Shown here piece after piece: positions 44,701 through 55,538 of a stretch of DNA of 64,000 nucleotides. Location: contig JBHGNT010000007.1 in assembly GCA_043228905.1 (NCBI GenBank), positions 20,212,001-20,276,000 of the forward strand, in the 5' to 3' direction. The notes under the pieces are model-generated. The model saw only the letters and a program-made list of their open reading frames with translations. It searched no databases and was not told the origin of the DNA. Origin of the DNA: Azolla caroliniana (lineage: Eukaryota > Plantae > Polypodiophyta). A program made the position numbers and the translations under genes. The first letter of the stretch is position 1. Each line of letters opens with the position of its first letter.

Positions 44701-46975
44701 CTCGGTAGTCGACGCATAAGCGTAGAGAGCCGTCCTTCTTCTTCACAAATAAAATGGGGGCCCCGGTTGGTGACTTGGAAGGTTGAATAAATCCTTTCTC
44801 GAGGTTCTCATCGAGATACACACGAAGGGCCTTCAACTCTGGCGCAGACAACGCATATAGAGGACCAAAGGGTGGACACGCACCTTCTTGAAGATCTATC
44901 GGACAGTCGTAGAGCCGATGTTCAGGCAAACGGTCAACATTACATTTTTCAAATACGTTGGAGAAGTGTTGGTATTTTTCGGGAATAACATGGAGTGTGT
45001 TAGAAACGGCGCCACAAACAAACCCATCCTGGACCGATGATGGGGTAGGCAAATCGGAATCAACCTTCTCCGAAGGATTGGAAACTGAATTTACCTTCAT
45101 ACTTTTGCACGAGCATCCTGGCTTGCGAAATGTGATCGAGCGGTTGCACCAATCCACTATTGGATTGTGCGCCTCCAACCACGTTAGTCCTAAGATGATC
45201 GGATGTCGAGGAGATGCAATGAGGTAAAAGGCGAGCTCCTCCTGGTGTGAGCCCACACAAAGCCCTAATGGGATTGTAGCTTGAGTAATTGCACTTGACG
45301 AGGGGACGCACCCGTCGATGGCTTAAACGGGAATGGGTTTTGAGAGGCCAACGACAGGTAGGCCATGTGCTTGGGCAAATGCGGTGTCGATGAAGCAAGA
45401 AGATGCCCCAGAATCAAGTAAAGCAACAGAATGAACGGAACTAGAGTTAAACGAAAGCCATACCTCCAATGTGAAATTGCCTGATGGTCTGACAATGGAA
45501 CCAAGAGAATGTGGGCGATGGGAGATGTCCAGTTGCATGGCTCCTACTGTAACTGAACGATGTCGTTTTCTGGATGTTGGGGTCCGTTAGCTCGATGGAA
45601 TTGTGGGCGATTACTCCTAGGACAATGGTGCACGACATGACCAGAGGCGCCACAATACATGCAAAACCCATTAGCCCGTCGAAATTGTCGTTCGACATTA
45701 GTTAATGGCCGAAATCGGGCTTGATCAATTTCCATGGGGACAGGAGCATCTGCCAAAGTAGGGGAGTGTGATGCAGTCGGTGGGAGGGATGGCTGGGGTT
45801 GTATGACCGGGGCATGTTGTGGAAGTGAATGAGGTGGAACCCAAGTTCGGCGCTCTTCCTGGCGAAATTCGAAAAGACGATTGTCACAATGGTTTGCTTG
45901 TGAAATCGCTTGGGATAATGAGGTGGGCTCCGGAAAGTTTAAGAGAAGATTCTTGACATTGCTTCGAAGGCCGCACCGAAAGTGATAAGCTAAAGCTTGA
46001 TCATCCCAATTGACGTCGCATGCTAGTTGTCGAAATTCTGAAGCATAGACCGAAGCTGCACGCGAACCTTGTTCGAGTGCATAAATCTTGTTAAGATCTG
46101 TACGTCGTTAGTTTGTCTCTCCAAATGTGGCCTTTAACTCGGCGAGGGAGGCATGAAAGTCCTCCAATAGAGGTGACAAGGTTTCTACCAATGGTGCAAA
46201 CCAAGCTTGGGCCGGATCGGAGAGAAGGGTGCCCACAAGGCCGACTTGTCGAAGACCATCTCCATAACGTTGAGGTTGTAGCCGAATGATAAGTCGAACT
46301 TGGTTGATGAACCCTTAGAAACGCGACCTCGTTCCATCAATTTATTTTTGGAGGCTAACCTTAGGCTCAAGAAAATGCGATGAAGCTAGACTAGATGTTG
46401 GTAGAAGATCGGGCTCTAGGCTAGGTTGCTGTGGGAGACTAGGCTTCAGGGGTTGTGAGGATAGGGAGACACCGACTTGAAGTTCTTGTAAAGAATTTCG
46501 AAGAGCTTCATTTTCAAGCTGGAGTTGTCGTAAGGCTACCATTATTTGGCCTAAGTCACTAGTTGAGTCGGACATAGCTATGGCTTATGAGAAGGAGAGC
46601 TATGAGGATGGGAAAGTGAACAAACTATCATGGATAGATCATAAGCTCAAGAGACAAGAAAGAAGATAGACAAATGGATGAGTAGTATTAACGGAAAGAC
46701 TCCATAACTGGTGTTGTTCACCTTGAATTCCTTCAAGGTGAACTCCTCTATTTATACTACATGGCATGCATACTTGTTGCACGCATGTGAATCTACAATA
46801 GAGCATGTAGGTATGCATGCATGTGCCAAGTGTAAATACTACAAGGGAGCAACTATGCACATGATGCTAGCAAAACAATAAGGACCAATTACATACATAA
46901 TTGTGTACTAGATATATTGGTTAACCCATGATACTAGATTATAACATGGTCGTGTCAAGAGTTTGAATCTTGACA
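41715..46975 (-). mobile_element. Chromoviral Ty3/gypsy, Tcn1-like, full length but degenerate
   Basis: TSD CTCCG at 41710-41714 and 46976-46980. 350-bp LTRs 41715-42064 and 46626-46975, PPT about 42068-42077. gag (PVPMEID, CMYCGASGH), protease LLDSGAS, RT ([18 protein letters not shown]), RNase H (TDASDFAIG), integrase (ISMDLITGLP), GPF and chromodomain EEYKVDQIL...YLVLWRG. Confidence 0.94.
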
Positions 46976-47649
46976 CTCCGCCATTCTCTGCGATACCTTA
47001 ATTTGTTGCATTGCCAAAAATTCCATGAGTTCGTAAGTTGTCCCAAATTGTAGTAGCGCATCGAACTCATGGGCTGTATCCGGGATATCCGGGTACTTTA
47101 GGACTTCGCTTTCCGCCGTGAGTATGCCTTTCCCACGTTGCGACTGGGCCGTAATGATCGGATGTGATTCCCAGATTATTTCTAAAGTGGTGTTGGGCTC
47201 CGTAGCTGCGGAACTGTCGACCAAGGCGGTCGTGTCCGTGTCTGCGGTTGTGTCTTTGACAAGTCCGCGCCCATCTTTTCGGTCCAACCTACGACATTTT
47301 GGCCTCGGGCTTTCTTGGCGTTGCTCGGCTTCCTGCTCATGCATGGCTTTCTCCCTGCTTGCCGGCCATTCTTCCTACGTTGTTTGCGTGATGGGCTGGG
47401 AAGGTTGTGGTTCGTCTTCCCATTCCGTGGTAGCCAACTCTACTAACTGCCGTTTCGCGGAACGTGGCGGCGACGTAGGTTTATTGGGCTGTGGTGCAGG
47501 CAGACCTCGGGGTGGGAATAGTATCGTCAGATACTGTTGTATGATTGGCCTTAGCTTCTTGTTGCACTTAATTATGTCGTGAAGATCCGTCACTACGTGT
47601 GGATCGTGAGGCGGAACCGCCGGGGTTCTGGACCGGAAGGACTCGAAGT

Positions 47650-48690
47650 TTGCATTAGCTTTAGCGAGAAAGGAATTAAGATAGATTAAAAGAGAGAGAT
47701 ATTGAGATAAGATAGAATGATTGCCTTTAGATTGAGAGAGATTAAGATTGAACTCTTGACTTTAGATTTCAAGAACAAGATTGATACATCAATTGGATAA
47801 TGAGTTTCTTACTTTTAATTTCTTGATTAATACATCGCTCCCGTTTTTCTTCTTCATCCACTCTTTTATTGACGCCCCCATGCATATGATGCATGTGAGG
47901 GTACAAGACATGCATACAATGCATGGAATGCATGTTTGCCATTTGGCGCTCATGCATTACATGTGATGCATGATAACCATGTCACTCAATCAAGCTCTAA
48001 TATGAGAATTTATATGTCAAAGTATAATGATATTAAAAACTTTTTTAAGGAAATGACTAAGCCTAGTGGTAATTCTATTGCCTCCTACCTCTTGGAGGTG
48101 CAAGGTTCAAGCCTTGCTTGCATCCCTATGGTTACAAATTTCTAATAGGTTTTTTAGTATAGATGATTTTGTTCGTTTCACACCGAAATCATCGCGATCA
48201 ACCTATCCGATCGATCCATCTATCCGGTCCGCTTCCAACCCGGTGATCCGGTCTATCCGGTCCGGTTCCGATGCTGGTGCCAGTTCCGGTTTGATCGCAG
48301 TCCCCGTCCGGTTCCGGTTTCGTCACCGTCCGATCACCCAAAACCATTACGAGCAATTAAGCCAGAGTTTAACCCAAGAACATTTTGTGCTCCACTCATA
48401 GACAGAAATTTATAAGTTCTGGCTCAGGTTATATACTGTGGGATCCTGATTTGTCCTATGTATGTGGGATATCTCATAGTTTTGTTTTTCTTTTCTTCTT
48501 CTCAAACTTCACATTCGCATAACTTGACATTTATTTATCCGTTTCAAATGTAGTAAAGTACATTCGGAAGCTCTTGAGGACCTCCATCTTCTGTACCAAG
48601 ATATTAAGCTAATCTAAAATACTATCTTCACTATCATTGTTTCATGTCTTGTGTGAAGAACCACACTCGATTTTGGACATTCCTCGCAAT
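47650..48690. other. Unclassified AT-rich insertion in the Gypsy-X extra ORF (possible LTR fragment) containing a tRNA-like A/B-box module
   Basis: Abrupt composition change. 48055-48120 (AGCCTAGTGGTAA...GAGGTGCAAGGTTCAAGCC) resembles the reverse complement of 61005-61075. Ends and TSD not resolved. Confidence 0.45.
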
Positions 48691-48764
48691 TTTCACACCA
48701 TTGCCAAAAATCTTCACGATAACGCGTCCAGGCCTTCCCGTAAAGCTAGTCCCGCGACCACGTG

Positions 48765-49063
48765 CCCTTCGAAGGTATCAATGATGATGCCTACCTTCTG
48801 CTTTGGCATCCCATAGGCATTTACGTGCACGCATCCTACCTCCAGCAAGAACTTGGCTATTTCTCAAAAGAAGGGGTCTGGGATTTCCTTCATCCTGTAT
48901 GCTTTGGTGGACACCCTTCGAAGGTCTCAATGATGATGCATGCGTTCTGCTTTGGCATCCCATAGGCATTTACGTGCACGCATCCTACCTCCAACAAGAA
49001 CTTGGCTATTTCTCGAAAGAAGGGGTCTGGGATTTCCTTTGTCTTGTATGCTTTGGCGGACAC
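48765..49063. repeat. 149-bp tandem duplication in the Gypsy-X extra ORF
   Basis: CCCTTCGAAGGT(A/C)TCAATGATGATGC...GGACA at 48765 and 48914. Confidence 0.88.
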
Positions 49064-52000
49064 CGAATATTCCCCGAAATATTTCTACAAGGTTTCTGTA
49101 GGAGGGATGTCGAAATGTTTCTCCCCGATCGATGATAAGTCAAGCTTCTTCCGGATGGTAGCATTGGTGATCGTGTCTATGTTGAGCTTCTTGGTAATTT
49201 CCAAGGCTTTAGGGTGAGCAGGTGCCTCGACGACTTTGATGTATCCATCTAGTCTCTTTTCGAGGAGCCATCTGTGCAAGGCGGCGGAAATAGTGATCGG
49301 CATCGTAGGTGGATGAGACTCGTGGGTAGTGGGTTATGTTTGCTGGCTATGGCGGACGTGGGCTCTGTGGTATGATGGGGAGTGAGGAGAGAGATGAGAG
49401 CGAGGAGGGCTAAGGGTTGAAGATTGTTTTCTGTACTATGTAGAAAACCTTATGCTTTCCTCTTTTTGTGGCCTAGGGTTCATTGGGCCGTGTGCCATCA
49501 TGGTGCCGCGTGTTCTTGCTCTAGAAGTTTGTGCATGCATCAAGTCCTTTTAATAACGTCACTATCTTCTCCTTTTTTTCTTCTTCTTCTTGTGACGGTT
49601 AAGTACAATATTACTCTTACACTATAATACTGGTGGGTCCCTTTAATTAATCCGTGGATTCTTTGGTCGTGTCTTTTACGGCGTGGAACGAGTTTGGTGG
49701 CACAAGTCCCAGGTAGGGTTTCAATCGAAACCCATTCACCTTTTGTCATAACACTTCTCCGGCCAGGGTGCCTAATTGAAACGTGCCGTTTTCTGCTCCA
49801 ACTATCCAGTACGGCCCCATCTAGCGGAATCTTAATTTACTTGGCATTTGCCCCATCCATGTTTGAAAGACCAAGACTGCTTTGCCGACCGCAAAATCTT
49901 TTTCACACGCATTTCGATGCTGGTCCATAAATGCTTTACGCCTACGCTACTCTTGTTCCAGTACGACCATGCTGCGTAACAGTGTCTCGCCTAGTTTGAG
50001 CATCTGTTGTAGTCGTATTTGTTCGGACTTGTCTTCTGATAGCCGGTCCGGTACCTGAATCCGCAAACTAGGTACCTGAAATTCGACTGGCATTACGGCC
50101 TCCAGCCCAAATGCTAGCCGGAAAGGCGTGGATTGTATGCTAGTCTTATAGCTGGTTCGGTACGCCCATAATGCGCTGTGTAATTTGGTATCCCAGTCTG
50201 TTTTGTTCTCATTGATGACCTTTTTTAGTATGGTTTGTAACGTTTTGTTCGTGGATTTTGCTAAACCATTCACCTATGGATAATACGACGTGCTCTTCTT
50301 GTGGACAACGGCATAATGTTGTGTCAGTTCCTAGATGACCGTATTCAGAAAGTGGCTTCCTTGGTCGCTGATGAGCTTGATAGGGCAGCCAAAACGACAC
50401 TAGATGTACTCATAAAGAAATTTCGCCGTCGTTGCCGTGGTATTTTCTCGTAGTGCTTTCGCTTCCACCCACTTTGTGCAATAATCAGTAGCCAACAATA
50501 TATATTTATTGCCAGTCCGTGCTGCCGCCGGTGTTAACAACCCCACGAAATCGAGCCCCCATTTCTGGAATGGATCCAACGGCAACACTGGTTGATGTGG
50601 CATCCTTGCGACCTCCGTGGGCTTGCCCATCCATTGACACAGATCACATTGTTTGCAATATTCATAAGCATCCTTTTGCGTAGTCGGCCACCATAGGCTT
50701 GCTTGCCAGACTTTACAAGCCATAACATCGCCCGCGTAGTGTCCTCCTGCCGTACCACAGTGAGCTTCGCATAAAACTACTTCCTTCTCATCCTGGCGTA
50801 TTCGCGTTGCCAGATTCCGTCGCTGCCTTTGTGATACAGGACCCCTTTGACCAAACAGAAGTTACGACTTTGGACAGCCAGTCGTTTCTTCTCGTCCGTC
50901 CTTAATTGCGGTGGTGGTAATCTGTGGTAAAAAAGTATGTCATCTCCATCAACCAACGATCTAGAAAAGTTTTTTCTGTTCGTGTCACTATAGTTGCGAT
51001 CCGCAAGATGTCCGCATCAGGAAAGTCGTCGTCATCCTTTCGCACCATTTCTCCATTATCTATCCTGCTTAAGAAATCTGCTATAGCGTGTTGCGTACCA
51101 TGTCGATGTTGTATAACAAAGTCGAACTCCTGGAGCAATAACATCGATCTAGCTAATTTTCCTGTCAGTGCCTGCTTCCCCACCATGTATAGCAACGTCA
51201 TATGGTCCACGTGAAACGTAAATTTCCGCCCCAACAGATAATGTCGGAATTTATTGATGCTGTATATCATACCCAACGCTTCTGGTTCCATTGTGGAGTA
51301 GTTACACTCAGCCTTTGATAGCTTCCTATTGGCGTAGTACATTGGCCTATACCAATTTGGCTCAGTGAGCTGCATCAACGCACTCCCTATTGCTATATCT
51401 AAGGCGTCCACAAAAATGTGAAATGGTTTCCCCCAATCTGGTGGTTGTACGACTGGTGCTTGAGTCAGCATTATTTTAAGTGCGTCGTACGCTTTTTCTT
51501 CAGTTGCCGTCCATTTGAAAGGTGTATGGTGGACGACGGCGTGTAAAGGCGTTCTGAAATCCGCCAAATATCATAACATACGACTATGCCAACGTATTTG
51601 TCCCAGGAAATGGCTGAATGCTTTGGCAGTTGTCAGCGTTTTTGCTTGAATGATTGCGGGAATTTTATTATGATCCACCGCTGTCCCCTCCTTGCTGACG
51701 ACGTGGCCGAGGAGGGCTCTGCTTGTGACGTCGAACGTGAATTTGGCTAGATTCAGGCTTAAGCGTGAAGCCCGACAACGCTCCAGACATAGCCGTAAAT
51801 GATTTAGATGTTGGGATGTTGTCCCATACACTGCGAAATTGTCCAGAAAGACTTGCATGAAGGCAGGTATGTATTCCCCAAAAATTTACCTAATTGTTCG
51901 TTGGAATGTAGCAGGTGCCGTCTTTAACCCGAACATCATGACTACCGCGACATAAACTCCCAGTCGGTGACAAACGCCGTCTTCTCTTGGTCGTGAGGAT

Positions 52001-54943
52001 GCATGCGTACTTGATTGTATCCACTAAAGCCATCTAGAAAACTATACATGTCATGCCCTGCGATTGCATCCAGTACGCTATCGGTGAAAGGTAAAGGAAA
52101 TGCATCTGTAATAGTTATAACGTTCAATTTCCGATAGTCTACGCAAACGCGGATTTTTCCATTTTTCTTCGGTACTATGACTATCGGGCTCAGCCACATA
52201 GCTTGATTGACTAGTCGAATGAATCCAGCCTTGAGAAGTTTGTCAATTTCCTCTTTTACGCGAGTCGCGTAATTCGGATTCATTCGGTATCGACGCGGCT
52301 GAACAAGTTTCACGTCAGTAGCTAAGTTGATCTTATGCTGGTAGAATTTTGGATCCAATCCCTTCATGTCTTTGTGGGACCAAGCGAACACATCTTTATA
52401 TTCCTTGAGCAGAGCTAACATTGCCTCTTTCTGATCCGGTAGTAAGTCTTTTGCGATGGAGAGTAATTGGGGATCCGTTGTCGTTCCTACGTTAACTTCT
52501 TCCAATGCTAAGGCAATGACTCGTCGTGAAATTTCCATTTTTTTCTCGAACACGGCCTGTGCTCGGCTTAATTCCATTATCGACTCTGGGTTCGGTTCAT
52601 AAGCCTCTTCTTGAAGTGTAGTGGGAGTAGCGTAATCCGCCACGGTTTCTATTACGTCAAGTTTGAATAACGGGATGATTCGTGGGTGCTCATCCAGGTA
52701 TGCTTCCAACTCTATATCATCCACTCCTTCCAACATATTTATGTCTTCCGCGTACAATGGTGTCATTCCTTTGGGTTGCGCTGTCATTTCTTCTACAGGT
52801 ACGCGAACTTTGCTGCATCCTCGTCGGAAACTGATACAATTATGTTGCCGGCTCTGTTTGATGTTAGCCAAACGAAGCCAAGGTCTGCCAAGCAGTATTG
52901 GGTATGCTCCCGGAGCGTCGAGTGTGAGTACCACCGCTGAGCTGTCAAAGCGGTGACTGCCAATGACGATGCCTAGTTTTCAGATTAACCCTAAGGGCTT
53001 GACAGATCGGGTATCCGCCATGCGAAGCCAAAAGGGGCAAGCTTCCCATTCCGAAATTCCTAACTGTTCATATGTCTTTGCACTAATCACATTAACGCTA
53101 GACCCCCCGTCGATTATACAACCTGTTATTTCTTGCCCGTGTAGTACTAGCTTAATGGCTGGATTGTGGTGATCTACCACTGTTGGTCCGACGCTAGTTT
53201 CGGCAAAATTTGCTGAGATGTTTATACCAAGCCTGCCCGTTATGCGATCTTCTATGGCTTGCCAAAATTGTGGAACTAGTTGAAGGAGTTTTTCCATGGT
53301 CATTGTTATTTCGTAGCCTGCCAGTACTTGCCATATGGGATCCGGGGATATTATGTTTTCTTCTATCGGCCCAACATTGTTTGCGGACACCTGCCGCATA
53401 CGCTCCGTATTGGCCGCATTTGCTTTTTCTACCCATGCTTGGGCTGCTTTGCGTACCTCATCTTGTGTAGCCCAGTCAACATTCTTTGTTTGTTGCCGTG
53501 TCATGACCTGCTGAACTTCCGCCGTAATCGTATTTACGGCTGGTCCTTTGCCCTTGCGCAACATTAAGTTGCGTAATGTCCAAGTTGTTGGCAGACAAAA
53601 CAATGTACGCTGGACTCTCCTTTCTCTGTAGCTGGCGGCATATTCCTATCCCCAAGTGTCGCTTGCTCCTCCTGGTCTTGTTGCATTCTCCTAGAATTCC
53701 GGGGTGTTTGCGGTTGGTTCCTGCGTGACTCTTGGCGCCGGTCATCCTCCGAACTTTCGTCATAACGCCGTTGGTCCTTATCGTTGCATCGACAGTACAA
53801 GGAAAGCCCTTTATTATACTGGTGGTTGCCCCGATATTCTTCGTCCTCCGGCTCCTCTTCATCGGAATCGTTGTTATTCCGGCTATTACGATAGTGCCAG
53901 TCATCGTGTGGATTTCGATCCGTATATCGGGGTCGTTCCTCTTGGCGCCTTTGATCATTTCGACAAGGTGGTCCCTATGGTTCTACGTGTCGTACTGTGG
54001 TCGTAGGTCTGTTCAACATATTGTATTCACATTGGTTAACCGTGTGTGCCTTTGAGTGACAAATTGGGTAGTGAATTCGCATATTGCATTCCACCGCGGA
54101 ATGCCCGGAATTGAGGAAAATCGTGCACTTAATAGCTTGACGAAAGTGGCATTCCTCGTCCTGAGGCAACGCCTATCGTAATGAGGACATGGAAAATCCT
54201 TCCTCCTCTTCGTCCAACTCAAGCTGTAACGCTCGCTTGATGACCATGTCATCTGTTTCCCCATTCACACTATGTGTGTTGAGCGTCGTCCTGATAGGTC
54301 ACCGCAGGGCTGCCAAAAATGTCTCCCTAGCCTCGTCATCTATCGGGGCCCGTTCTAATTTCTGCCGTAGATTTTGGAAACGTAAGCTAAAGTCCGCGAC
54401 AGATTCTGTTGGTAGCTGCTTGATTGTGTAGAATTGCCCGATGATTTCGCATTGAGGTACCCTTCGATGAAAAGTCGATGTGTTGATTGCTGGTAGATCC
54501 ATCTACGAATGCCAAGACACAGCTCTACCATCCAGAGTTAAACCAAACTCTGTCATCTATGACTGGTGCGCTTCCTCTTTTGGAAGTCGTTGCGCCATGT
54601 GATTCGCATTCCAAACGTTCAAGAACAACCAGATGTGGCTTGGGGCGTCTGTTTCGCCATTAAAGCGTGGATAGGAGAAGGCCATTCCAGACGCTATGGT
54701 GGGTAGGGGAAGCTCACGGTACTCGTGTGGTGACAGAACTTCCTGCTTGACGTCACGGTGTTGGGTGAGCGTGGAGTTGACTTTGTGGTCCGGACAGATA
54801 TCATTGAGGTGAGGTTTTTGCCTTGTGCGCTCCTCTGTCTGGCGTGTGATGGACCTCGTGAGTGGTCGGTCTTGTCGGGTCGGTTCTCTAGGCCGTCTAT
54901 GGCTAGACATCCATCCCTTGCTGTTCGTCTGCGAGAAATCACA

Positions 54944-54960
54944 GATCACCAGGCGTGCCA
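54944..54960 (-). promoter_or_regulatory. Primer binding site of Gypsy-X copy 1, tRNA-Arg type
   Basis: Minus strand TGGCACGCCTGGTGATC, 4 nt after the 5' LTR and upstream of gag. Confidence 0.85.
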
Positions 54961-54964
54961 AACG

Positions 54965-55435
54965 TTTTACCGATTAGGAACACTGTCTACGCTAAGTCCT
55001 TCGAGGTAGACCTCAAGGTGACCGTGTTACAAGGAATGGAACCGTCCTATCGTAAATCGTAATGGGATACCACCTCGTATCCTGGTAGTGTATAAGGGTG
55101 ACGACTACAACCGAACTCCTTAGGAAGTGCACTAGTTTACGCACTTATGCTTACACACACTTACGATTAAACAATACGCAACAGAGAAACAATGGACTGT
55201 CACACAGATAGACATAGATATGCATAGAGATTAGAGAAGATAGGATTCTATTAGAAAACGTCCTGCACTCAAAATTACACGCTACCCTTTTCAGAGGGTT
55301 TTTGCCCCTTATATACACAAGGCTTTTAACCGGTTACGCTACTAGCGTGAACCGTTACATGCGCTTCTTAACGCTTTTACTATATTATAATATTTCTACG
55401 CTTCTGTCCGCCGGTTATGATTCCGGCGGACAACA
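54965..55435 (-). repeat. 5' LTR of Gypsy-X copy 1
   Basis: Minus strand starts TGTTGTCCG. TATATAA near 55309-55315. Terminal 10-bp hairpin at 55405-55432. Followed by TSD AAGTG. Confidence 0.9.
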
Positions 55436-55440
55436 AAGTG

Positions 55441-55452
55441 TATGTAAGACAA

Positions 55453-55538
<86 letters not shown>

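Larger units (their letters stand above)
34968..49303 (-). pseudogene. Extra ORF of Gypsy-X between integrase and 3' LTR, split by insertions (pieces about 49303-48700, 47640-46976, 41714-41016, 35431-34968)
   Basis: The frame rejoins across the CTCCG TSD (QRMAE|EHAKQ*MIERVL) and plausibly across CTTCT (HQI|EVRLKNEMG). Coiled-coil-like segments. A homologous C-terminus lies at 60021-60862. Confidence 0.65.
34862..55435 (-). mobile_element. Non-chromovirus Ty3/gypsy (Gypsy-X copy 1) with a 3' extra ORF, host of nested insertions
   Basis: 5-bp TSD AAGTG at 34857-34861 and 55436-55440. 5' LTR 54965-55435, partial 3' LTR 34862-34960. PBS 54944-54960. gag (YPRFNGE...), protease IIDGGSSVN, RT (VCVDYRKLN, LDGFSGYNQ), RNase H (PFHIFVDA), integrase ([13 protein letters not shown]), all fragmented. 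Confidence 0.93.
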
